Source of the DNA: Macrostomum lignano
Taxonomy: Eukaryota
Length of the DNA stretch: 64,000 nucleotides
Assembly: GCA_002269645.1 (NCBI GenBank)
Contig: NIVC01000282.1
Span: 1-64,000, forward strand
Direction of reading: 5' to 3'
Each line of letters starts with the position of its first letter. Positions within the stretch are counted from its first letter, which is position 1. The position numbers were made by a program, and so were the translations under genes. The notes under the pieces are model-generated. The model had not been told where the DNA came from. It ran no database searches and worked only from the letters and a program-made list of their open reading frames with translations. Positions 10,565-21,800 of the stretch are shown one piece after another.

Positions 10565-13500
10565 TCATTCCGCAGCTTTCTCGGCAGTGTCGCCGCTTTT
10601 GATCAAGTCTTTGTTGCCGTTCTGAAAGCAGATCAAAAGTTCAGAACTGATGCTGAAGTATGATAATACGAGTAACTAATAACACATAATAAACACACAA
10701 AAACACTAAAACTTTATTTTTATCACTTCATTGCACCCATTGCTATTGAATCATTTCATCGCACCATTGCTATTGCATCATTTCATTGCACCATTGCTAT
10801 TGCATCATTTCATTGCACCCATTGCTATTGCATCACTTCATTGCACCCATTGCTATTGCATCACTTCATTGCACCCATTGCTATTGCATCACTTCATTGC
10901 ACCCATTGCTATTGCATCACTTTATTGCACCATTGCTATTGCATCACTTTATTGCACCATTGCTATTGCATCACTTTATTGCACCATTTATAATGCATCA
11001 CTTTATTGCACAATTGCTATTGCATCAATTCATAGAACCATTTATCATGCATCACGCACCTCATCGCCCGCAGCTGATGGCAGCTGTAGAAACGCGCCGA
11101 CAGTGTCAACCTCGACTGCTTCAGAGAAGTCGTCCCCGTCCTTGGAAAAACAAAAGTACATCTCTGATAAGTGCACGAGTACTTAAAATACTTGTACTAA
11201 TTAAGTAGATAGAAAAACGAGATTAATCGAGTACATAAAACATAAAACATCTTATCAAAAAATGAACTGATTGGAGATAACCAAGAAAGCACATGGACAT
11301 GGAGGGAGGAAGTGGGGGGTAGAATTGATAATATACTCACGCCTAGGTACGCATCATCTCGCATCAGGTGCGGTGGCACCACAGGCTTGCCATGGCTGCG
11401 AGCAGCAGTCTGCATCTGAGCTTTGAGCTCTGCATTGGCGTCATCTGATATGTCAATCTCTTCATATTGTACATTCAAACTGTCCAGAATTCGCTTCACA
11501 TATGCTTGACGTTCTTTGATCTAAAATGTGTATTTGCATAGCCCTGTTTATGAACTTAAAATTTATATTTGTAGAATGGAATACTTTTTTAAATAAACTA
11601 CATCTAGCTTCTGACCTCTCAGCTTTGACATCTCAGTAAGTCCCCCTAAATTAAGTTAAAAGTGTCAATAATGAATAAGTAGTTCCATTCTATTTTTATA
11701 ATTTTCCATTTCCAAAATTTTCCAAAATAAAGTATCCTATAGTTATAGCCAATTATTGAATATTAGCAAGAGTTTCTGTTTTTAGTGTTAAAATGAAAAC
11801 TTCCTCTCTTTTTAAATGTATTTTATTGATAAAAGTGGCCTCTAAAAATTCTTACTTGCTTTTTTTTCTATAAAACAAAACTATATAATACATTATTATC
11901 ATAGTAGTAGCCAATGTTGGGCACCATTAATGAAAATCTTAACTTCTGTTAATGGCAAACACATTAGCATCAAAACAAAAAAATCTTAACTTATTAACTC
12001 CTAATTTTGTTAATGTGGTGTCTGGCCTGTTGAGTGCTCTTGCACTTTTTGAGTTGTTTTTGCATGCACCCTAGGCGGCCATCACCAGACCAGTTCTGGC
12101 TGGTTGGGGGGGGGGGGCGCTTAGCCCAGCTTGAGTCTTTCCCTGCGGCAGCCAATTATTGGCTGGGCTTGTGTTTTTGTGTTTTTCTTTTCTGGCCCAC
12201 AGTCAATCAGATCTGCTTGGCGGGCATCCTGATTGGCTAAGGGGTCATCTCTTTTGTTTGGCGTCTCTCTGGCGCTGTCTGCCCCTCTACCCTGTTAATT
12301 GGTATATAGTGCTCAAGCCTAGCCCAGCCAGCTCCCTACTCTCCGCTCCGTGCCCCATGCCTAGCTTTTCAAACTAACCTAGCAATATTCAAGTGAGCCA
12401 TAAAGATGGTCTCTTACAGCAAAGACTCTAAATTTTGCATGCAATACTCAAGTGAGCTATATCTATATGGTCTCTTATTGTGAGAACTCAATTGATTAGG
12501 AGCAAATAAAGCAGTCAAATGGTGGCAATAGTCAAACGAGCTCCATAGTTTCTGGCACCAATAAGACCCCAAGTTCATTTGCTTCTTTAGCTTTTCCGAG
12601 GCCTTGCTATAGCAGTGATTCCACAGCTAAAGCGTTATCATGCCTGTGACTGTGACCACTGCAGCATAGCAGTGTTGTATATTGTGTATTATTGTAGTAC
12701 TATACTGGTTACTTTATATAGTGTGTACAACCTACAGTATCGAAGCTAGAAGTACTCGAGAGTGTCACCTCACCAGACTGAGCTGCAGCTTGAACTCTGA
12801 GTGTCACAACACCAGAGTGATTGAACTATTATTGCAAAGTGTCATCACACCTACTCATATCCATAAAAGTATGAGCGTTTAGACAGAGCGTCACTACTCC
12901 TGTTATATTATATGTAACATATTTTACTCTAGACTGGGCACCCATACCAACCCGGGTTATGATGTTAAGTTAACTGAAAATTAACTGATAATCATTAATA
13001 TGCAATAATCTAATAAAGTTAACATAGAAAATACAGAAATCGCATTTTTTCCTAAACAAACTTCATAATACATTGTCTTTGCTTTTTCATCTTTTTAGCA
13101 AAACACAGAGGTCATCTAAGCAATTTATACAAGCTAAAAAGGTAATAAAAAATAATCTAAAAACTTATATGTATATTGTATAATATTATTAAAAGTAAGC
13201 ATACAATAAATGTAACTTATTTAGCAATAAAGCTCACAACTTTAATTTATTATTAAAGTTCATTATTAAGAAGTTGTTATATTTTCATGATCATTGTCAT
13301 AAACAAAGAGTTTAATTAGGCATTTAGATAAATTTAAATATGTTTGTAATGTTGTAACTTTTTTTAAACATATATTTTGCTGTTTTTTGCATCTTTAGTC
13401 ATTGACATTGTCATTAATGTTAACAATGAATTTGTTGAAAGGGCAGATTTTAGGTAAGGACCCAAGAGGGTGGATGGGATGCAGCTCTATATTGTGGCAA

Positions 13501-15420
13501 AAATTCACTTGGTCTCTCTCTTGATTTTTTCTAGTCACTACCTAAAGGGAGAGCAACTGCTCCCTCCCTAGTTGCACAAGGGGGTTAGTTTATTTGTTAT
13601 TTTATTTTTTATTTGTTATTTGCAATCCAGAATGTAATTCATGCACAAAAGTTGTTACGCATTTGTGCGCACTTGTCAAATTTGTGCACGCTGAAAAGGA
13701 GCCTTCTTGCGCACTCTTAAGAAGTGTGTGCGCGCTCCATTGTATGCGCTTGCGCAAGAAGCTTTTTGCCACAGAATCACAGACAGGATTTGACTTTTAT
13801 ATGCATTTAACATGGTTATGTGCCATGTAGCATATGTGTGCTCGTTTTCCTACTTTTCATAGTCTAGGTTGTTTTTACGTTGGAAAATTTCAAAACAAAA
13901 AAAACAAAGAATAATAGTTTTTAGCAAAAACAGTTACTTTAAAGTTTAGTAAAACTCTTATAATTTTTAAAGGATAAAATTATAAGAATAAAGAATAAAA
14001 AAGAATATTTTTTCTTAAAAAAATATAGTGTTCAAGCTACTTTACACTTGAAGTACAATTTTTTAATTTACATTGGCATAGAATTCAAAAACTAGAAAAA
14101 TGAAATTTCTATTTTTGCGCATGGGTCATGATCCGCATTATGCTTATTTTTATAGCTGGCATACACACTTGCGCGCTGCTACAAAAATATGTGCGCCCAT
14201 TTTCCTACCCCCAAGCAAGAATTCCATCCTAGTTTGCAATAAATGTTGTTTTACATGTGGTAAGTGGAATATGCAACCTTTTTAAATGAAATCATGCATT
14301 TGTAAGTTTTTTATAGTTGCTGCATTACAAAAATTAGTTGCTAAGTTTGATGAAAAAATGAAAAAAACAAAAATGAAAAATGAAAAAAAGAGGTCAAAAT
14401 AATTTAACGAAGCAAAGTAGGACTTTGCCGCAAGTTTTTATTAGTATGCATGAAATATATCTAGGATTTTGTAAAAAAGTTCTATTAATTATTATAGCAA
14501 ATAAAAGTATTTAGGCTCTAAAATCCTTCTTTTATAAATGTCTTTTTTGCATATTGCAAAAGTGTATAATTTTTATATTTGTTAGACCCCATAGGCCTAG
14601 TCCAGATCATGCTAGGTGCATGCTCAAACAAAAATTGAATAATTATAAATGTATGCCAAAAAAAATTTGTGCACACCCATTCTCAAAAATATACCAGTGT
14701 TGCAACAATAAATGAATTTTTTTACATTGTGACAATAAATGACCTTTTTTAAATTGCATAATAGACCCTTATTTGCAATATAAAAATCAACCAAGTAGAT
14801 TATTTGGTTGATTTTTATGCTTTTTGGGCAATACTATTCATAGCAAAAATTGATACATACAAAGTCTTGTTTAAATGCTTCTTTATGAATTATGAGCTTG
14901 AAATTTATGCTTACAAATTAACTTTCTTCATTTTTTCTACTTCACAATAACTTTTATGCGTAATTCTATAAAGTGCATGCATACTATTTTCTCAAGAGTG
15001 ATACATGCCAATGCAACTGTGCATGCCTAATTTTGGCATGCAAGGCCAATGCACACCTGAATTTTCCGGCATATACTACATGATCTGGAGTGTGGGTTAG
15101 GCCTGCAGGAATAATAAATTTAAGAATGAAAAATGCATACAATTTTTCTATACAAAGTTAAAAACTTTTTTTAGTCCTGGTGTACAAATGTGGTTCTTTA
15201 CTTTTTCCCCCACTAGACCTGGCATACACTAATACTAATAGTAATACAAAATCCAAATTATGCCTATGGCATGGGGTTTTAGTTTAGCCACTAGGGCCTA
15301 CGTGAAAATTTCAGGCAAGCATTTGTAGCTCCATACAACAATAATATTGATTGGCAGATGAAAAATTAGACTCACCTTCATATTTCCAGAAACTGAGGAA
15401 ACAAACAACTTTAATGACAT
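10565..15420 (-). CDS. SH3BGRL: SH3BGR-family thioredoxin-fold protein, 4 exons (15420-15376, 11520-11341, 11140-11060, 10621-10565)
   Basis: MSLKLFVSSVSGNMK|IKERQAYVKRILDSLNVQYEEIDIS..KPVVPPHLMRDDAYLG|DGDDFSEAVEVDTVGAFL..GDE|NGNKDL..AAE*. All junctions are GT-AG and phase 0. Unspliced intron 3 would end the protein in VRDA* at 11045. Confidence 0.88.
10725..11035. repeat. 27-28-bp minisatellite (ttgcacccattgctattgcatcacttca) in SH3BGR intron 3
   Basis: Direct tandem copies, period 28 (10813 to 10841). Confidence 0.9.
12398..12497 (+). other. Two tandem degenerate copies of a flatworm spliced-leader-like sequence
   Basis: CCATAAAGATGGTCTCTTACAGCAAAGACTCTAAATTTTGCATG (12398-12441) and ATGGTCTCTTATTGTGAGAACTCAATTGATT (12467-12497), each preceded by aataytcaagtgagc. 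They resemble the Macrostomum SL as I recall it (unverified). Confidence 0.5.
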
Positions 15421-16614
15421 AGCTTTGTCTTTGAAGGTGACTTAAATAATAGTGCAATTTATATCAATTGTATGCGGGTATGCCTTGAGGCGAGGGGCTT
15501 CGCTTAGTAGGGTGGTCTGGGCACGCTCTTGCCTATTGCCTCTTATTACCAAAAATTGCAACAAATTAAACAGCAGTAGCCAATAGTAGAGCGTATTTTT
15601 TAAACTATAAAAAAGCGCTATTTAAAGTCTACGAAAACGGTATTTGTACTTTAACAATTATTCAATTCCATCCGTGAGTTTAGAAAACGTTTCTCAGAAC
15701 GTATTTTATACTTTAAAATCTCAAGAAATAACAAATAGTGGGCCGATAGAATAAAACAGCTGAGTAATAAACACATCTATAGAAGCGCCAATATCACTTA
15801 TTTTATTCTATGTGTTATCACACATATTTAAGGCTCAAAAATTTGATTGTACGTGTATGATACTGCCTGTCCGTGTAACAGTTAATCCGGCGCATATGAT
15901 GTGTCTCAACTGAGTCCAGGGTGCCAGTAGCTTGGCGCCAAGAGCAGAATATGTTTATGTCAACATATAAATATATTGTGAAACTAGTAAAATTACAGTA
16001 ACAGGGGTGCCATGCAGCACCATAGGAGTTGCGCATAGATGGAAGTAGGAGCGAGGCTGCTTCGGCAAACACTTGTGCCAAGAGCATCTCGTGTCGTTGA
16101 TTTCCGATGCCTCTGTGTAAGCTGAATACGCCCGAAAAATTTGTTTTAAGTTATTAATAGCCTAAATTGAATTCCGAACTGTAGCGAATTTTACTGGTGG
16201 GAGGCCAAGGGGTGAAATCTAAAGTTTACCCAAAAGTAATTAGCGAAACTACACTACTGTTCGTAAAAATTAAGTCTTATAAAGTATTGTCCTGCTCGAA
16301 ACATTCTTTTAATGATTATGGGGTGTTCAACAGATCTCTCTCCACTCCATTAAACAAGACTCAAATCTCAGCTTCATACATGTAGGAGCAGGTCAATTAA
16401 CTTAATTAACAGCATCTCAAGAAGTACATGTAATTCACCTTTATTTGTCCCAAAGTTATCACATATATATGTAAAATACAGTTACATTCTATGCAAAACC
16501 TCTCACTGCTGTATGATATTCTGCTACGAGCGTACAAGCCACAAGTAAGTATTATAGTTCTCTAGACGTTTATTAAAAAAGAGTTCTGTGGAAGAGTTTC
16601 TTCACTAGGGAAAA

Positions 16615-19600
16615 TCAGTCCAAAACAAAGTCGGTCTCCTTCAGCCTCATCATTGTGTCGCCCACCAGTCGAATGTCGTTCATGTCAACGACAATGGAGG
16701 CGGCGATGCGGATGAACAGCGAGTCCTCGATGTTGAGAATCAGCAGGTCCATTTTGAGCTTGTAGGCCAGGAATTTCCACATGTTGCTCTCGAATCTCGT
16801 CTCCTCGGCCTGCGATTTCAGGTTGCGGATGGGAAAGTAGAGAAGAAAGAGGAGAGGAGAGGAGAGGAGAGGATAGGAGAAGAGAAGAGAAGAGAGGAGA
16901 GGAGAGGAGAGGAGAGGAGAGGAGAGGAGAGGAGAGGAGAGGAGAGGAGAGGAGAGAAGAGGAGAGGAGAGAAGAGGAGAGGAGAGGAGAGGAGAGGAGA
17001 AGAGAGGAGAGGAGAGGAGAGGAGAGGACAGGAGAGGAGAGAAGAAAAGAGAGGAGGTCACAAACTCGACCTCTCCAAAGAAGAACTCACAAACTTCTTG
17101 ATGGCGGGCCTCTGAAGATGCTGGGGTAGGCGGATGAGGCGCATGAACGGCGCCTGCATGTCAGCCGGCAGGGGCAGCAGGTCGGTGCCCCAGAATCCGG
17201 CCAGATAGCTGCTGGCCTCATCAGCAAGGCTGCGGCAGTATTCGTAAACTCTGTCCTGATGTGCATCGGTGAAGGTAACAGAGGTATGCTTCACTCATTC
17301 AGACAGTTGTTGAGCAGAACCAATTGGCCAGCAGACACTCACCAGACCGCCGCAAATCTCGTCGATAAACTTCAAAGCTTCCGGGATGACGTAGAAGCTG
17401 CTGGTGTCCCTGGTGCCCAGGTAGGAGTACCTGTGCGGCAGCACCTCGTCATGGAGCAGCCAGGAGACAATGTCGGGTTTCATGGTGCTCACGTGAGCCT
17501 CGCTAATCCACATCAGAGCGACTGATTTCGGCAGGAAGTGCCACTTGTTGAGGTTGCCGAGGTAGAAGTCGGCGCCGATGTCCTCGATGTCCAGGTTTGG
17601 CACCTGGCCGATGGCGTGGGCCCCGTCGATGATCACCTTGATGCCCCGGTTGCGGCACAGGGCTGTGAGCTCCTTCACTGGCATCAGGCAGGCCGTGGTG
17701 CTCGTGATATGGTCTAAATAGGGGATGTCGGATAAGCGTTGCTGGGAGCCCTAGCTGCGCAGTACCTGTGTCACCCTACCTGTCCACCTGTGTCACCCCA
17801 CCTGTCCACCTGTGTCACTCTACCTGTCACCTGTGTCACCCTGCCTGTAACCTGTGTCACCCTACCTGTAACCTGTGTCACCCTGCCTGTCACCTGTGTC
17901 ACCCTGCCTGTCACATGTATCACCATACCTGTCACCTGTGTCACCCTGTCTGTCACCTGTGTCACCCTGCCTGTCACCTGTGTCACCCTACCTGTCACCT
18001 GTGTCACCCTGCCTGTCACCTGTGTCACCCTGCCTGTCACCTGTGCCACACTACCTGTAACCTGTGTCACCCTGCCTGTCAACTGTGTCACCCTGCCTGT
18101 CACCTGTGTCACCCTGCCTGTCACCTGTGTCACCCTGCCTGTCACCTGTGTCACCCTGCCTGTCACATGTATCACCATACCTGTCACCTGTGTCACCCTG
18201 TCTGTCACCTGTGTCACCCTGCCTGTCACCTGTGTCACCCTACCTGTCACCTGTGTCACCCTGCCTGTCACCTGTGTCACCCTGCCTGTCACCTGTGCCA
18301 CACTACCTGTAACCTGTGTCACCCTGCCTGTCAACTGTGTCACCCTGCCTGTCACCTGTGTCACCCTGCCTGTCACCTGTGTCACCCTGCCTGTCACCTG
18401 TGTCACCCTGCCTGTCACCTGTGTCACCCTGCCTGTCACCTGTGCCACACTACCTGTAACCTGTGTCACCCTGCCTGTCACCTGTGTCACCCTGCCTGTC
18501 ACCTGTGTCACCCTACCTGTCACCTGTAACCTGTGTCACTCTAACTGTCACCTGTGTCACCCTACCTGTCACCTGTGTCACCCTACCTGTCACCTGTGTC
18601 ACACTACTTGTCACCTGTGTCACTCTACCTGTCACCTGTCACCTGTGTCACCCTACCTGTCCCCTGTGTCATCCTACCTGTCACCTGTGTCACTCTACCT
18701 ATCACCTGTGTCACCCTAACTGTCACCTGTGTCACCCTACCTGTCACCTGTGTCACTCTAACTGTCACCTGTGTCACCCTACCTGTCACCTGTGTCACCC
18801 TAACTGTCACCTGTGTCACCCTACCTGTCACCTGTGTCACCCTAACTGTCACCTGTGTCACCCTACCTGTCACCTGGGTCACCCACCTCATCGCCTGTCC
18901 CCCAGCTACATTCCTAAAATCTCCAGTGGGGTCGCACCGAACACAGCAATTCGAACTTTCGGCCTCCTGTCCAGCTCCTGCTCGACCGCCCGCAGCACGT
19001 CCTCGCCCGACTTCAGCGGCAGTTGAAGCTTCGCTTCGGGCGCCTCCCCGGCCTCCGTGGCAGCCATCCTGACGGCGATGTAGGTCCAGGAGTTGATGAG
19101 CACCTGGGAGCCGGGCGGCTCCAGGGCCAACAGTCGGCGCAGAATGTTGGACACTCCGATGGTGACATTCTCCAGAAGGGCGCACTGCTGCGGCCGCACC
19201 CGAAGGCGCCTGGCGATGGCCTCCAGGCTGCTGTAGTTCAGATCCACCTGGCGGAGTCGAACGAACTCGTCGGCGAACGACTCGAACTCTTCGGTGAGTC
19301 TGCGGGCGGCAGATCAAAGGGAATGCTCAAGTAGGAGGTAGAGCTGTCTTATAAAATATTTGAAGCGGAAGGCTGAAGGCAGTGTCTGAAGGATCCGCTA
19401 AGGGTGTCTGTGCAGGATCCGCTAAGGGTGTCTGTGCAGGATCCGCTAAGGGTGTCTGTGCGATCCGCTAAGAGTGTTTGAGGGATCCGCTAAGGGTATT
19501 TGAGGGATCCGCTAAGGGTGTCTGTGGAATCCGCTAAGGGTGTCTGTGGGATCCGCTAAGGGTGTCTGAAGGATCCGCCAAGGCTGTCTGAGGGATCCGC

Positions 19601-20321
19601 TAAGGGTGTCTGAGGGATCCGCCAAGGCTGTCTGTGGGATCCGCTAAGGCTGTCTGTGGGATCCGCTAAGGGTGTCTGTGGGATCCGCTAAGGCTGTCTG
19701 TGGGATCCGCTAAGGGTGTCTTTGGGATCCGCTAAGGGTGTCTGAGGGATCCGCTAAGGGTGTCTGAGGGATCCGCTAAGGGTGTCTGAGGGATCCGCTA
19801 AGGGTGTCTGAGGGATCCGCTAAGGGTGTCTGAAGGATCCGCCAAGGCTGTCTGAGGGATCCGCTAAGGGTGTCTGGGGAATCCGGTAAGGGATGTCAGA
19901 AGGCCGCCACAAATAATTTTAAGTATTAGAAACGTCCTTAGGACTTTTTAGAATCTCTGAGAACTCTGAGAATTTGAGAAATCTTATCATTTCATGTATT
20001 CATTACTTCAAGGGATCAGGAATCATTTGTACCGCAGTTTGCAATCCAGAACGCTCTTCGGTGCCACCCCGAACGAGCCATTGTTCAGCATGAGGACGCC
20101 ACGGCGAGCCACGTGGGGAAAGTGCTGCTCAAGCATCGGCCTGCCGAACTCAGCGGCTTGGAGCTGGCCGGATGTTTCTAAAAATAGAATTTTGAAGGGT
20201 GGATGAGGGGCGCTAATGAGGGGCGCTAATGAGCGGCGCTAATGAAGGGTTGTAATAAGAGGGGCAGTAATATTTTACTACATTCAAACTTGTTTCACTT
20301 ACCAGCTTCAGTTTCATTCAT
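16615..20321 (-). CDS. Class-V PLP-dependent aminotransferase / C-S lyase (Egt2 hercynylcysteine-sulfoxide lyase / L-cysteine desulfhydrase / isopenicillin N epimerase-like), 6 exons (20321-20303, 20177-20033, 19299-18938, 17713-17343, 17255-17091, 16809-16615)
   Basis: [25 protein letters not shown]|[28 protein letters not shown] (PLP lysine), YLGTRDTS and FIRIAAS. All splice phases are consistent (1,2,1,0,0). Confidence 0.88.
16835..17060. repeat. (GGAGA)n pentamer microsatellite in lyase intron 5
   Basis: Visible tandem array. Confidence 0.95.
17765..18890. repeat. 21-bp minisatellite (cctgtcacctgtgtcaccctg) filling lyase intron 3
   Basis: Roughly 50 tandem copies; source of the VTCVTLP/CHLCHP pseudo-ORFs. 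Confidence 0.95.
19388..19880. repeat. 22-bp minisatellite (ggatccgctaagggtgtctgag) in lyase intron 2
   Basis: Tandem copies with BamHI-site periodicity. Confidence 0.93.
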
Positions 20322-20764
20322 TGCCGTCAGAGTTGAAATAGACTTTGTTAATTTAAACTTAACTTTTTGAACTTTGAAGGCTAAATCGAAGGCTAAAACT
20401 GGCCTTGTGCTGCCGCCTGAAGCAGTGTCGCCTCTTTTAAAAGAAAATTATTCAACAGCTTTGTAACTTCGAACCAGTGTTAAATTTTGTCCGCAGATAG
20501 ATAAAACTGGCAAAAAGGCGTTGCTTTTGATCTTATCTACGACTTCGGCACCATAACTGCATAGCGAGAGACAGCCTGAGCTATCTGTTCACCGAAATCT
20601 ACTACAAACGCGTGAAAAGCTTCGGCTTCTTGATTTCTCCAAGGTTGGCCTGAATTGCGGGAAAGCGCAGGTGAAACCTTAACAGCCAAGGCCATTAACT
20701 TCTGCGGTGCAAGTCAAGGACATTTTTGCTGCTAAAATGATTAAATTGCCCACAAAATGACAGA

Positions 20765-20945
20765 CCCCCGATCCCAGATCCCCGATCCCAGATCCCCGAT
20801 CTCAGATCCCCGATCCCAGATCCCCGATCCCAGATCCCAGATCCCAAATCCTCGATCCCAGATCCCCGATCCCAGATCCCCGATCCCAGATCCCAGATCC
20901 CAAATCCTCGATCCCAGATCCCAGATCCCAAATCCTCGATCCTAA
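20765..20945. repeat. 14-bp minisatellite (ccgatcccagatcc); inverted copy at 27115-27280
   Basis: Tandem array; homology between the two duplicated arms ends at this repeat. Confidence 0.9.
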
Positions 20946-21260
20946 ATAGCATAATAATATACTCGAATATTTTTGAAAATAGACAAGCAAACTTTATTAA
21001 AAATAAACAGCAAGGCACTAATTGTGTTAAGCAAAAGCCAGGATTCACGATGTACTCTAAGAAAAATTGATTGATCAGAAAAGATCTTAATGTATTGGGC
21101 ATAGTTTTTCATGCATAATTTGAATGAGAAAAAGTCAGCAGAAACGTTCTTGTCCACAATAGTAAGGTTGCAGTCGGATTCTGATCAAAACCGCGGTTCG
21201 CAAGTGGCGCTCATTGGATGAAGTCCCGGACAGGACAGAAACGGCAGGCCGTGAACGGAA

Positions 21261-21800
21261 GTGTCAGGCAGTGTCAGGCAGTGTCAGGAAGTTTCAGGCG
21301 TGTCAGGCAGTGTCAGGCAGTGTCAGGCAGTGTCAGGCGGTGTCAGGTAGTGTCAGGCAGTGTCAGGCAGTGTCAGGCAGTGTCAGGCAGTGTCAGGCAG
21401 TGTCAGGCAGTGTCAGGCAGTGTCAGGCAGTGTCAGGCAGTGTCAGGCAGTGTCAGGCAGTGTCAGGCAGTGTCAGGCAGTGTCAGGCAGTGTCAGGCAG
21501 TGTCAGGCAGTGTCAGGCAGTGTCAGGCAGTGTCAGGCAGTGTCAGGCAGTGTCAGGCAGTGTCAGGCAGTGTCAGGCAGTGTCAGGCAGTGTCAGGCAG
21601 TGTCAGGCAGTGTCAGGCAGTGTCAGGCAGTGTCAGGCAGTGTCAGGCAGTGTCAGGCAGTGTCAGGCAGTGTCAGGCAGTGTCAGGCAGTGTCAGGCAG
21701 TGTCAGGCAGTGTCAGGCAGTGTCAGGCAGTGTCAGGCAGTGTCAGGCAGTGTCAGGCAGTGTCAGGCAGTGTCAGGCAGTGTCAGGCAGTGTCAGGCAG
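21261..21800. repeat. Homogeneous decamer array (TGTCAGGCAG)n, about 54 copies, inside the last coding exon of the PCIF1-like gene
   Basis: The unit is the reverse complement of coding CACTGCCTGA; nearly invariant over about 500 bp. Confidence 0.95.

Noticed and set aside
15818-16087. Possible LINE RT remnant (WRQATGTLDSVETHHMRRI); a similar weak hint at 29954-30154
   Set aside because: Too short and degenerate to support without an HMM search.
17739-19072. Cys/His-rich (CHLCHP) and VTQVTG ORFs resembling metallothionein or antifreeze proteins; the same at 27410-28199
   Set aside because: Products of the 21-bp intronic array, bounded by GT-AG sites of the lyase gene.
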